Shown here: piece by piece, positions 38,232-51,437 of the stretch
How positions within the stretch are numbered: position 1 is the stretch's first letter
Layout: every line of letters starts with the position of its first letter
Assembly: GCF_006345805.1 (NCBI RefSeq)
Contig: NC_042998.1
Location: 140,306,001 to 140,370,000, forward strand
Length of the DNA stretch: 64,000 bases
Direction of reading: 5' to 3'
From: Octopus sinensis
Lineage: Eukaryota
Translations under genes and position numbers: made by a program
Notes under the pieces: model-generated
Told to the model about the DNA's origin: nothing
What the model saw: only the letters and a program-made list of their open reading frames with translations
The model's database searches: none

Positions 38232-38994
38232 TAAAAATTAAATTAAAATGTTAGTGCCGTAAATTGTTAAATATTTGGGAAGATGGCAAATGAACTTTTT
38301 GTTGTGTTCCCGACCACTTAGTGACTGACTGTGGGCGAAGTGAGATGTTCAAAACTGGTAGCGCTTTCGCCTCATTAATAGAGAAGTTGAAGACATCTTC
38401 CTGCTGGAATAAACTGTAAGAAGTAAAAAGAAAGAATAAGGCAAGAAAAAGGAAGTCATTAAAGACTTGCACGTTGAAACAATATTACTAATATCGGCAC
38501 AAGGCCAGCAGTTTTGAGGGGAGGGGCAAATCAATTACATCATTCCCAGCACTTGACACATGCATTGCTTTTAGCGACTCCGAAAAGGATGAATGGTGAA
38601 GTCGCACACAAAGGTGAGCGCTCAAGTCACTCGCAAAATTTTTCACAACCCACGCTAAATGTCCCACCCCAATTTTCCCACGACCCACCGGTGGGGCATA
38701 TGCTCCACGTTGGAAAACACTGGTCTATACAAAGATGATCAGGCTATTATGAAAGAAAATAAGAGATAAAAAATAAGAGGTAAGTACTATGAAAATATGT
38801 TAATTAGAGGTTTAACGAATTAATTTTAGGGAAGAAAAACCACGGTGTGGTTCTCGAAGGGATTTTTTTTTCACGAACAGAAACAAAATTTCGTAAATGA
38901 ATAGAATAAAAAAAACACATAGGGTTAGTTTTGTACAGAGTTACTCAATGTTGGTTTCGGATGAAAGATTTATGTCATCCCAGCTCCGGTAACC

Positions 38995-39350
38995 CTTGTA
39001 TGCATGTATGTATGTATGTATGTATGTATGTATGTATGTATGTATGTATGTATGTATGTATGTATGTATGTATGTATGTATGTATGCATGCATGTATATA
39101 TGTATGTATGTATGTTTGTGTGTATGTGTGTATGTATGTATGTGTATGTCTGTACGTGTGTGTATGTATATATGTATGTGTGTGTATGTATGTACATATG
39201 TGTGTGTGTATGTATGTATGTGTGTGTATGTATGTACATATGTGTGTGTGTATGTATGTATGTAATATGTATGTATGTATGTATGCATGCATGCATGTAT
39301 GTATGTATGTATGTATGTATGTATGTATGTATGTATGTATGTATGTATGC
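38995..39350. repeat. (TATG)n/(TG)n microsatellite
   Basis: Direct reading. Confidence 0.95.
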
Positions 39351-39759
39351 AGTGGGGCTCTGGTTTGGGAATTCTAGAGTTCTGAGGAGTGTGGAACCAC
39401 CTGTTAGCCACTGTTACTCCCAGGTCTACTCTAACCCAAAGTAGTAGCACTCGCTAGAGTCTCAGCTATGGGTTAACTAGCATATGTGATGACATTCCAC
39501 TTGAGAGAGAAAACGCTGAAATACCCTTCATTAGTGTCAGGGCGCGCAATAAAACCACCGGGAGTGAGTGACCCATAGGTGTTGTTGCAGTATCCTTCTA
39601 GGAGAGGAACACTTTGATGTAAAAACTTACTGTTTCATATGATTATTGGTCATCTCGCTTCGGCCTGTCAATCGGCACTAATCACAGAGGCTCGGAGACT
39701 TGTCCTGGTGTTGCACAAGGGTTTATCACTATAACCCAATGACGTACAGATGTCTTTTT

Positions 39760-39995
39760 ATGGTGATCGTATTTGTCATTCTGTCTACTGAAATCCTATA
39801 GCGATGGAAAAGTGGTGATATGTGCTGACCTAACCAGCTGGAAGCGCACAGTAAGTTATAACTTTGGTCTGTCGCCGATGCTTCAAACCATGCAGATCTG
39901 CAGCGGGACTGAGTTATCATCTGAGAGGCCATGGATGGAAAGTCAAGAATGCCATTGACAACTAGAAAGCACAAGGAGACGGCAATCATCTGTGA
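39760..39995 (+). mobile_element. RTE-like LINE 3' terminus with C2H2 finger
   Basis: ADLTSWKRTV then TLVCRRCFKPCRSAAGLSYHLRGH (39861-39932) and a short 3' UTR. Confidence 0.7.
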
Positions 39996-40157
39996 AGATG
40001 GAGCAATTACCATATATGTGTGTATATATGAACCAATGTGTGTACGCACGTATGTGTATATGCATATATGCATGTATGTATGCTAATAAAGACATATGTA
40101 TATATATTGATGAACCACCTATTGTTCTCATCCATTTTTTATTTGCTCTCTATATAT

Positions 40158-40385
40158 ATATTCATTGCCCACAGGGGGCTAAATACAGAGAGGACAAACA
40201 AGGACAGACAAACGGATTAAGTCGACTATATCGACCCCAGTGCGTAACTGGTACTTATTTAATCGACCCCGGAAGGATGAGAGGCAAAGTCGACCTCGGC
40301 GGAATTTGAACTCAGAACGTAACGGCAGACGAAATGCGGCTATGCATTTCGCTCGGCGTGCTAACGTTTCTGCCAGCTCGCCACC
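40158..40385 (-). mobile_element. SINE family B, full length
   Basis: Close match to 25198-25427. Confidence 0.9.
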
Positions 40386-40714
40386 CTATGCATATATATA
40401 TATATATATTGGGCATGAGATGCTGCTAGCTTGAATCAGAAGAGATATGACTAATGATATTTTTACTTTTATAGAAAAATTTTGAGCGCTATTCAAATAC
40501 ATATCTGTAGATATGTATTTGAATAATAATAAATACCAATAAATATCGGTAGATTGGTACCATGCATTAGTGAAGAGTGTAGATAAGAAATGAAATAAAG
40601 CTTGAGGGAGAAGAAAACTATCTCCTGCAAAACCCCTTTTAGTACAATATACGCTGAAATTTATTCAGTAAAACTATTTCGTATTAAAGCTTTTCTATTA
40701 GTATGAGATTCTTT

Positions 40715-40850
40715 ATTTCAAATTTCGCCGAGGTCGACTTTGCCTTTCATCCTTTTGGGATCGATAAATTAAGTACCAGTTGCGTAGTGGAGTCGATCTA
40801 ATAAACTGGTCCCCTCTCTTCAAAAATTTCGGCCTTGTGCCTAGAGTAGA
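40715..40850 (+). mobile_element. SINE family B, 5'-truncated
   Basis: ttcaaatttcgccgaggtcgactttgcctttcatcc..aagtaccagtt. Confidence 0.8.
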
Positions 40851-41105
40851 AAAAAATATGTGATTCTCTTTCTTTGTTTTGTATGTAAAATTTGTGAAAG
40901 CATATTTTTCTATCTTTACTTTCATATATTTTCCACGCACGCACACACACACGCACACACACACGCAAACACATGCATACACACACACAAATATGCATAT
41001 ATATATATATATATCTGTATATATGTATATATATCACTTATGAAAAAAAGGCAGATTTTCTCTGTCTGTGACTATGTTCCTTTTTAATACAATTGTACAA
41101 TATAG

Positions 41106-41528
41106 AATTTCTTCAATTGGAATTTACCTATGATTTTTCGAAGTAGATTCGATTGGGTCATGGCATATAAATATTTTTCAATTTGACCCCCAATAAAGCA
41201 AAAATTCGAGAAAACTAAATATTTTACGATTTGCCTCTCTAATTTCAACTGCTTCACTCCGACTATTACCACACTTTCTCCTACTTTCTCTTTGCAAGTA
41301 TACCTTCAATCACTACTCAAAAAAAAAATACATAGGAAACAGAAACAAATAAATACATAACGATTTACTCCTCACATAATTTCTTCAATTGGAATTTACC
41401 TATGATTTTTCGAAGTACATTCATTTGGGTCATGGCATATAAATTTCTTTCAATTTGACCCGTAATTAAGCAAAAATTCGAGAAAACTCAATATTTAACG
41501 ATTTCCCTCTCTCATTTCAAATGCTTTA
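41106..41528. repeat. Direct repeat of about 150 bp, period 272 bp
   Basis: aatttcttcaattggaatttacctatg..ttgggtcatggcatataaat..gcaaaaattcgagaaaact at 41106 and 41378. Confidence 0.85.
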
Positions 41529-41792
41529 TCGTCGCTAAGTTTTTGTAGTATTAATTTGCGAGCGTACTTCAGTTGTCAATTGTTGAAAGAAAGAAATTGT
41601 AAGCTAAGAAGGTGTGTGTGTGCGTGTGCGTGTGCATGCGTGTGTATGTGTGTGTGTGTGTGTTGTGTGTAGGAAGTGAACGATAAAAATATGGCAAGAA
41701 GTGGACAGATGTACATATATACACACATACATCCATACATACATACATGTGTGTGTCTGTGTGTATGTATGTGTATTAATGTGTGTGTGTTA

Positions 41793-42173
41793 TCTCTCTC
41801 TATATAAAGCTGAAGTTGTCTGTGTGCGCCAGGTTTGGAAACCTTCAACTAACACTATCTCCTCCGAGACCCTGCGGCGCAAGTTGACCAAAATTGAGAG
41901 TATGATAGAAGAAGGTTGTTCTTCCTTCCGTAGAAGATAAAATTCAAATCGGACCATGTTAACACCAAAATTATTTACATAAAAAAGGTGCTTTTTCTAT
42001 GAAAATCCCTATTTTTTACGATTGCTGTGTCGCCACTTTTCGGTGTATTTCACCAGAAAAATGTTCACTCGAAGAGAAGAATAACAAGCTACATATGCAA
42101 AATTTTTACTTTTCAAAAATTTCAATTCCAGCGGGTCGAAACAAACCTGAGCAACGCCGGGCGATACTGCTAG
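41793..42173 (+). mobile_element. Non-autonomous Helitron, family H2
   Basis: 5' TC..tatataaag; 3' cctgagcaacgccgggcgatactgCTAG followed by T. Confidence 0.8.
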
Positions 42174-42517
42174 TCTTTAATAAATTTCTATTTCTTATCG
42201 TTTTGAAAATAGATCCGCAGTAAAGCTACACGGCTTTCGTGAGCTTGGGCAAGGGACAGAACCGAACTGAGATGTTTCGTATTTTATTTAAAACAAAGAA
42301 AACAACTAGTGACATAGAACTTCTGAAAATGTAAACAAAATTTTGTCAGGCATTACAAAATTGCTACAGTATTATACAGTGTGTGTGTTGTGTGTAGGAA
42401 GTGAACGATAAAAATATGGCAAGAAGTGGACAGATGTACATATATACACACATACATCCATACATACATACATGTGTGTGTCTGTGTGTATGTATGTGTA
42501 TTAATGTGTGTGTGTTA

Positions 42518-42903
42518 TCTCTCTCTATATAAAGCTGAAGTTGTCTGTGTGCGCCAGGTTTGGAAACCTTCAACTAACACTATCTCCTCCGAGACCCTGC
42601 GGCGCAAGTTGACCAAAATTGAGAGTATGATAGAAGAAGGGTTGTTCTTCCTTCCGTAGAAGATAAAATTCAAATCGGACCATGTTAACACCAAAAATTA
42701 TTTACATAAAAAAGGTGCTTTTTTCTATGAAAATCCCTATTTTTTACGATTGCTGTGTCGCCACTTTTCGGTGTATTTCAACCAGAAAAATGTTCACTCG
42801 AAGAGAAGAATAACAAGCTACATAATGCAAAATTTTTACTTTTCAAAAATTTCAATTCCAGCGGGTCGAAACAAACCTGAGCAACGCCGGGCGATACTGC
42901 TAG
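42518..42903 (+). mobile_element. Non-autonomous Helitron, family H2 (duplicate)
   Basis: Second copy inside the tandem duplication. Confidence 0.8.
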
Positions 42904-44127
42904 TCTTTAATAAATTTCTATTTCTTATCGTTTTGAAAATAGATCCGCAGTAAAGCTACACGGCTTTCGTGAGCTTGGGCAAGGGACAGAACCGAACTGA
43001 GATGTTTCGTATTTTATTTAAAACAAAGAAAACAACTAGTGACATAGAACTTCTGAAAATGTAAACAAAATTTTGTCAGGCATTACAAAATTGCTACAGT
43101 ATTATACAGTGTGTGTGTGTGTGTTGAATGTTCGTTTCGTTTCTGTTGTAACTTTTCCAATACGACCGTATGACTCAAATAACAGTTTTACCTAATATAC
43201 GTGATTGACTTTCTCTTTTTATTTGAGGCAAGAGGCCACTGTAGTTCGCTGTGAAATTCTGCAAGCTATAGACATATTACACTTGACTTTGTTGTTTGAA
43301 GGCATACCACTAAGAAAAGACATCGGCTGTCGATATGTTGAGATGAAAGGAAAACAGATTTGTCGACGAAGAATAGCTGTCGTCTGCTTATACGATGGAG
43401 GGAAGAGGAGGAAGAATGGGATATAAATTTTAAGTGGGAACTCTTTTAGAATATAAATTTAATCGTAAGCGATGATATCTTTGAGAAGCGGTCATCCATT
43501 AAGATCACAAGAATTAACAAAGAGAAAACAGCTAGCATTCTCTGCCAATAAAATTCAATTAGAAACCACTTTATTTACATAAATTAGAAGTCTACCATTG
43601 TAAAGGGAATATAACAGTGGCCGATGGGAAATTTAGGAGGTGAAAGAAAAGACGAGGCCTTTCGTTAAGTTCTAAGAAATATTCGCCTGTCTAATAAAAC
43701 AAAACAACATTAAAATGAAGGAAACAAACGACAATTCAGTGTTTGTGATTAATCCATACGCCTTACATTATTATGATTGTTGTTGTTGTTTGTTGTTTGT
43801 TGTGTAAGTGACTGGACTCTATGGTTTCACAATTTCCTTCTCTCATCGTTTCGTTCGCAACAACAACAAGGCAGGTCGACAAGTGAATGATTTAAAGGCC
43901 AGTTGTGGTAGAACTTTCGCAGTAGATTTTCGTCTGATATGGCGTGCTAATGATCTCATTTTGTGATGAAGAGAGAAATCGGAGGTCTTTGAGACGGAAC
44001 ACTTCAAAGACTTTTACCGATTGGATTGTTTGTCAATGGCTTTGTAGTAATTCATGCCCTATCGTTTTTTTCTTTTTCTCCGTGTGTGTGTGTGTGTTTG
44101 TGTGTGTGAGAGAGAGAGAGGGATAGG

Positions 44128-44158
<31 letters not shown>

Positions 44159-44349
44159 ATGGAGAGAGAGAGAGAAAAAGTTTTATTGATTCTGTTGTTG
44201 TCTATGTTTTGCTTGTATTTCGTTGTTTTCCTTCTTCTTACGAAGCAGCTGTCGAAAAAGAAAGATAGCGAATGATTTGACCACCGTTAGCTTACGGAAA
44301 CACTTTGAAGAATAACATAAGGGAACATAATGCAAAGAATAAGGAATGG

Positions 44350-44446
<97 letters not shown>

Positions 44447-44570
44447 GACAGACAGAGACAGACAAGCAGATAGACAGACAGACAAGGACAGAGAAACGCA
44501 GTGAGAGAGAGAGAGAGAAACGCAGTGAGAGAGAGAGAGAGAGAGAGAGAGCTAGAGAGAGAGAGAAAGA
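44350..44570. repeat. (GA)n polypurine tract
   Basis: Direct reading. Confidence 0.95.
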
Positions 44571-44986
44571 GCGAATAAATAAAAAGAGAAATAAAAAGAA
44601 TGAGACAAAACGATACGGAGAGAGAAATATTAATTTTTAAAAAAAATTAATCAACATTAGTGTGTAGTTACACACACGAATAAATGTCTAATCAAGTCGG
44701 AACACCTGATCGAAAATAATTAACAAAGAATAAATGACGAAAAGGGAAAATAAAATAAAAGTGTTAAAAAGGTTAAGGGTGGGATGTACACGGATAAAAC
44801 TTGAGGTTAAATTTGTGATTATTAGTGCAAAGGTTAGGTTTTGTGGTATTTCTTCCGGCTCTAATTACGATTCGAGGTCGATTTTCGTACTGATAGACTT
44901 TGCCTTTCATCCTTTCGATCGATAAAATAAAGTACCAGTCAAGTACTGGTGTTCATGTAATCAACTCATCTCTCTCTTTAAGAATA

Positions 44987-45190
44987 GAGGCGCAATGGCC
45001 TAGTGGTTAGGGCAGCGGACTCGCGGTCGCAGGATCGAGGTTTCGATTCTCAGACTGGGCGTTGTGTGTGTTTAGAGCGAAACAACCTAAAAGCTCTACG
45101 AGGCTCTGGCAGGGGGTGGTGATCCCTGCTGTACTCTTTCACCCAATGGCGGTGCACCAGCATGGCCACAGCTCAGAGCTGAAACTGGAA
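44987..45190 (+). mobile_element. SINE family D head joined to a family A tail
   Basis: A box tggcctagtgg (about 44996-45006), B box ggtttcgattc (about 45039-49), then ggcggtgcaccagcatggccacag..ctgaaact. Confidence 0.7.
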
Positions 45191-45625
45191 AAAAACAAAA
45201 ACAAAAAAAAAACAAAAAAAAAAATTGCTGACCTTGTGCCAAAATTAGAGAGAATTATTGTCATTACGGTGAGTTGGTAGAATCGTTAGCGTTGTGAGTG
45301 GTTTGGTAGACGGAAACTGAAAGAAGCCCGTAGTATATATATATATATATTTCGTTTTTGGATTTGGTTTGCACGATTCTTTATATGAGTTCGTGTGTTG
45401 AAGCATATTCTGTTGTGTCTGGGGAGACTCATTCTCTTTTAGTGTCTTATTATTTAACACACTCACCGGTAAAATTTCCACTTATTTCTTATTTTTATTT
45501 TCTAAAATTTTCGCTGCCTCTTGCAACCTTTTAGACGCAACAAAATAAGAAATAATGGAAATTTTACCGTGAGTGTGTTTAAATATAAGGCACTAAAAGA
45601 GGATGACTCTCCCCAGGCACAACAG

Positions 45626-45662
<37 letters not shown>

Positions 45663-45730
45663 ATATTTAATATATATATATGTTGTGTTTGTGTGGTGTT
45701 GTGTGTGTATGAGTGTATATATTATATATA

Positions 45731-45793
<63 letters not shown>

Positions 45794-46160
45794 GTAAACG
45801 TTTCAACAGCAAATGCACTATATTGCACTAATACAAACTCTGATGGTAACTAAACAAAAAATGGTAACACTTTTGCTACATGAAAATCTTATTTGTCTAA
45901 CTTTACTAGCGACACATTAATGGCCGTTGACAAAGTATTGGAAGTCATCCTGTTCTCATTCTTTCCCTTGTCCGCGAGCATACACACACACACACAACCA
46001 CACACACACACACACACACATGCACACACGCACACACACACGCACACGTTCACTTTCCTGACAAGAATCGAATGTAACTCAGTTTCTATTTACAAAATGT
46101 GACGGCAGTTAATGCATTAATTCACTGAATAGCATATATAATGTTTGTGTCCATGTAAAT

Positions 46161-46215
<55 letters not shown>

Positions 46216-46663
46216 ACACACATATATATATATATATACATATACAAAATCGAACACACATACACAAGGTGTATTTGTTGTTAGTTACTGGGCCATCTGC
46301 GTTTTTAGGCGAAAGAGAATATATTCTCAATACGCCTGGTGTTAAAACACCTGAAAGTCTTTAGCAAGAACGACAACTCACACCGGGTTCCTTTCCGGAG
46401 CGACAGACAACGATGTTCCGTCATTGTTGTTACTTTTCAATTCCGCTTACCTAACAAGGCGTACTGCAAGCTATGTTGCCGACTATGACTATATGCTAAA
46501 TGGTTTGAAAAACCACCAGCTGACATGCCCCAGCGTTTCATGGTACGGAAAAAAAAAATTGAAGAAGTAGCTGGAGGTATATAAACATATTTATGAGAAT
46601 ATATACCTTGAACTGTTTCTAATTCATTTTGAATACGCACATACATACATACATACTCCATAC

Positions 46664-46697
<34 letters not shown>

Positions 46698-46699
46698 TA

Positions 46700-46758
<59 letters not shown>

Positions 46759-46921
46759 ATATGATAACAAATGATAAATAAAACATATGCATATATACAT
46801 ACATATATGTACATATCTTATGTATATATGCATATATTTTATTTATTAATTTGTTATTATATGATCGAACGCCATGCATCCGCTTCCAAATAAGTTTTAT
46901 ACATATATATATATATATATT

Positions 46922-46990
<69 letters not shown>

Positions 46991-47010
46991 TATTCTATAT
47001 TATATATATA

Positions 47011-47072
<62 letters not shown>

Positions 47073-47769
47073 TCGAGAGTTACAAGAACTCGAGAGTTAC
47101 AAGTCGCCTTTCACGTATCTAGGACAATAATAGCAGTTCTAGTAGTTTAGTATTTGATTTACAATTACACTGTGTAAAAAAAAAAATGGTATTTCTCTCT
47201 AGAAATCAAAAGAAATGACTACTCTTCCCTTCAAACTTTGCTTTTGTGGCTTGGATATCAACGTTTTGAAGCTGACCTATTTTCCATTACATTTCAAACA
47301 TTCAGTGCTGAGCTGCTGAAGCAGAAATATCATAATAGCAAACATTCTGCTCAATACTACAGATTTGCTTGTCAGTTGCTTGACCTTAACTACTTGAGCA
47401 TATTTCTTAGTGGCTGACAATACGTGCATCTCTGATCACGAGTAGGAGTAGTGGGGGAGCATCATACTTGTTGAGAGGGATTTTCCGGGGTTTGAATAAA
47501 TACAGCAAAAGCAAAGTTTGAAGGAAATATTAACCATTTTTTTTATAGTTTCGAGAGGTAAGCAAATAAGAAATAACAGTCGCTACCCAAGGACAAAGAT
47601 CATGTTACACAGTTTTATTATGTCATTCACCAAAATATAGTGGCATCGATATCACAAATGTTTTATTCTTTTGCTTGTTTCTTTTTTTACGATAGGAGAG
47701 TTTCCCAAACATTTCTTTCAAATGTCTAGAGGACTCTTCTGTCGTAATCTACTGATGAAGGTTCCACAA

Positions 47770-48015
47770 CTTCTTGCTGAGCAATTTGCTCAGAAGATTT
47801 GTTTATAGTGGTCGAATGTTTGTGGTGTACATTGGCTCATTACTTCCATCAAATTCATATTACCTATATAGGTGCATGGTGTGCCGCACATCAGATGTCG
47901 AAGTGATTGTTCAGTAACGTGAAATGCAGTATTTTGCTCAGGAACACAACGCATCACCCGGTCCGGGAATCGAAACCACGATCTTGTCCTAACCACAAAG
48001 GCTACACGCCTTCAC
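47770..48015 (-). mobile_element. SINE family C, diverged
   Basis: aacgtgaaatgcagtattttgctcaggaacacaacgc..gggaatcgaaaccacgatc. Confidence 0.65.
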
Positions 48016-48718
48016 CTTTGAATGTCTTGTACCAGGGGAAGAAACCAAACACGTGATCTTATGGTTGTTTGTGTGACTCTCATCCATAAAGTAGATGTCT
48101 CTTCAGTCAACTAATAAGTAACCACCGCCATATTTCAAAGGCAACTTCCAAGCTATTTATCTAATCAAACAGACAAATAACCATTTGAAATAATTAGCTT
48201 CTTTGTATTGGAAAATGAGGTAAATAAAATCAAATAAACAAATTGAATAAATAGATAGACTGGCAACTAAATAAATATATATGTTGGCGACGCAAAGACA
48301 AAAACACGAAATGGGAGGAAAATAGCATTTTAAAAATCTCTCTATCCGTTATTTACGCAAGTTATGTATTTGCTTGTACTTTCGTTTGAATCTCTTACCG
48401 ACTTTGATAATAAGGAAAAGCTGGCTGGCTGACTGACTGGCTGGCTGAATGGATGGATGGATGGATGGATGGAGAGGATTGAGTTAAAGGAAGAGAGAAA
48501 TGGGATTGTGGCCTTCGAACACAAAGAAAGACGGTCATTACTGCTAATAGCCATTCTGCTTTCAATAAATACTGAAGTAGCGGGTTGAAGGAATGGTAAC
48601 GACCTTTGTGCTTTCTTCACAAGAGCTTTTTACTGTACCTCATCAAATCTAATGACTATTCAAATTGTTTTGTGATTATTATTGTTGTTGTAGTAGTAGT
48701 AGTAGTAGTAGTAGTAAT

Positions 48719-48776
<58 letters not shown>

Positions 48777-49924
48777 TAATAATTATTATTATTATTATTT
48801 TAAAATATAAAAACAACAAATAATATCGAAATAAAATTAAAGAAAAACATCTAGCAAATAAACAATAAAATATATATGAAAATACAATGTAAACATGAAC
48901 GAAAACAACAGCCACAACGACAATAACAAGATCAGCAACAACAACACCAATAGCAACAACAACGACGACAAGACCATCGACAACAACAATAGCAACAACA
49001 ACATTAAGAAAAGTAACAAGAACGACAACAACAACGACAACGGCAACAACAGTACCATCAACAACAACAACAGTACCATCAACAACAACAACAACAACAC
49101 ATGTCTGATATGAATGGATATATAATTAGTCACGTGATGCTTTTTCGTATCAAGTGTGGAGATAGTGGTGGGGGTGTGTTAAGATGGAGTACTTGTGTGG
49201 AGCACAGAGTAAAGTTACGGTGTGGTGTAGGGAAGAGCAACGGTGGTGGCTTACTCGCTAACAAAGAGCAGAAGGAGGAGGAAGTGGAGATGGGTGTCGG
49301 TAGGTGTAGACCGGCAAATGGCGGTTTGCTGTATGTATGTATGTATGACGCAGTATGGCGCTGCTCGGTACAAAGTAGGGTGGTTATGGGTTAGGGTTTA
49401 CGTGAAAAATAGAGCGGCAGGGCGGTGTAGGATATTTCATAGAATTCTGTTTGAATCTTCTCCAGCAGTGAGCGACAACATCCGACTACTTGAGCCAATG
49501 CTTCCTCCTTTTTCCTGTTTCCAACCACAAGTACCAGTCAGCCATTTCGTTTTTGTTTTTGTGTGTGTGTGTGTGTGTTTTTTTCTTTTCCTGAAGAGCC
49601 ATCAAGCCATGATGGCTTTTGAACAATGGCTAATTGTTGGGAGTTCGGCAAAATTAGCTACATTGGAAAAATAACGACGTAATGGGATGATGCTGAGGTT
49701 GGTTGGTTGATGAGCAAAACTCACCAATCCCTTCTTTCACAAAACTACCCTAAATTCACTGTTTTATTTTTTTGTTTTTGTTTTGGGGTGGGGGCGTCCA
49801 ACAATATGGCTTATTTGGAATTGGAAATTAAAAACCGCGAAGACATCCTATGGTCTCAAACAATAGTATACATACATACATATTATATACGCTAGCTCAT
49901 ACACACACACGCGCGCGCACACAA

Positions 49925-49968
<44 letters not shown>

Positions 49969-50086
49969 GCGTATATATAGCGGCATTTTAAAACTCGTTT
50001 ATATGACAAATAATGATCACAGAACAGCTTCATATTCCGTTCATACGGGCATAAAAACAAGAGCAGCCACACGCACGCACACACAG

Positions 50087-50136
<50 letters not shown>

Positions 50137-50272
50137 GTGTGTTTGTGTGTGTGTATATATATATATATTATATATACCAGAGTAAGCACATAAACAAGGT
50201 GGGAGAAAAATAGTACTCGAATACCGGAGGCAGAGTCATATACTTTATTATTAAAGCTGCAAAATATTACAA

Positions 50273-50312
50273 AAAACTGTTACTCAAACTTTCACGCTCG
50301 TCGGACAGTTTT
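50273..50312 (-). ncRNA. Collapsed hammerhead relic
   Basis: Reverse: AAAACTGT-CCGACGA-gcgt-GAAAG-tttga-GTA-ACAGTTTT; stem I perfect, stem II lost. Confidence 0.4.
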
Positions 50313-50383
50313 GGTTAACAGATTCTCAGCCCCAAACTGTCCAACATGAAACTGACTAACACTTTTTTTGTGATATACTCTAT

Positions 50384-50606
50384 TACTCTTTTACTCTTTT
50401 ACTTGTTTCAGTCATTTGACTGCGGCCATGCTGGAGCACCGCCTTTAATCGAGCAACTCGACCCCAGGACTTATTCTTTTGTAAGCCCAGTACTTATTCT
50501 ATCGGTCTCTTTTGCCGAACCGCTAGGTAACGGAGACATAAACATACCAGCATCAGTTGTCAAGCAATGCTAGGGGGACAAACACAGACACACACAAACA
50601 CACACA

Positions 50607-50656
<50 letters not shown>

Positions 50657-50820
50657 TACGACGGCTTCTTTCAGTTCCGTCTACCAAATCCACTCACAAG
50701 GCTTTGGTCGGCCCGAGGCTATAGTAGAAGACACTTGCCCAAGGTGCCACGCAGTGGGACTGAACCCGGAACCATGTGGTTGGTAAACTAGCTCCTTACC
50801 ACACAGCCATTCCTGCGCCT
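50384..50820 (-). mobile_element. SINE family A, full length, low divergence
   Basis: Complete head-to-tail match to 20402-20850. Confidence 0.92.
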
Positions 50821-50826
50821 TGCGCC

Positions 50827-50861
<35 letters not shown>

Positions 50862-51180
50862 TACATACACAAAGTATGAGGGTTTAGTTCACAGGTAATC
50901 TAAACGATTAGGTACACTAGGTAAGTGCTGTAACGGATGACTAGGGCTCCAAGGTTATAGCCGAGACGGTAGTCATGGAGCCATTGCAGATTTCCGATAT
51001 AGCGGATATATAATTGTTAAAGAGAACAACAAACGTTTGTTGTCCTCTTTAACAATTATATATATATATAATGGCGGTGCCCCAGCATGGCCACAGCTCA
51101 TAAGCTGAAACTAGAATCAATCAATCAAAAATCAATCAATCATATACATATACAAACATATTTTTCTTTTCTTTTTCTTT

Positions 51181-51403
51181 TACTAGTTTCAGTTTTTCAC
51201 TGTGGCCATGCTGGAGCACCGCCTTTAGTCGAGCAAATCGACCGTAGGACTTATTCTTTGTAAGCCTAGTATTTATTCTATCGGTCTCTTTTTGCCGAAC
51301 AGCTAAGTTACGGGGACGTAACACGCCAGCATCGGTTGTCAAGTTGTCAAGCGATGTTGGGGGGACAAACACTGACACAAACATATACACGCGCGCGTGC
51401 ACG

Positions 51404-51437
<34 letters not shown>

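Larger units (their letters stand above)
41655..43110. repeat. Near-identical tandem duplication, period about 725 bp
   Basis: 41655-42379 and 42380-43110 differ by a few 1-2 nt indels; (GT)n at the junctions. Confidence 0.92.

Noticed and set aside
38235-38735. Possible hAT dimerisation-domain relic and a ttggaaaacactg terminus
   Set aside because: Similarity too weak to call by eye and interrupted by a SINE
38931-39450. Overlapping 100-170 aa ORFs (MYVC.., HTYI..)
   Set aside because: Stop-free (TATG)n/(TG)n repeats; the same applies to the similar ORFs across the window
41655-43110. Repeat-spacer-like periodicity as CRISPR
   Set aside because: Eukaryotic tandem duplication of 725 bp; no short repeats with unique spacers and no cas genes
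43205-43426. 73-aa ORF in unique sequence
   Set aside because: Non-ATG start, no recognisable motif or splice context
44987-45060. tRNA-like sequence with A and B boxes
   Set aside because: No complete cloverleaf or acceptor stem and it continues into a SINE body; SINE head, not a tRNA gene
49591-49625. CTGAAGA plus hairpin GCCATCA/TGATGGC
   Set aside because: Followed by TTTTGAAC rather than GAAA and no stem I or III; not a hammerhead, and it lacks SECIS features
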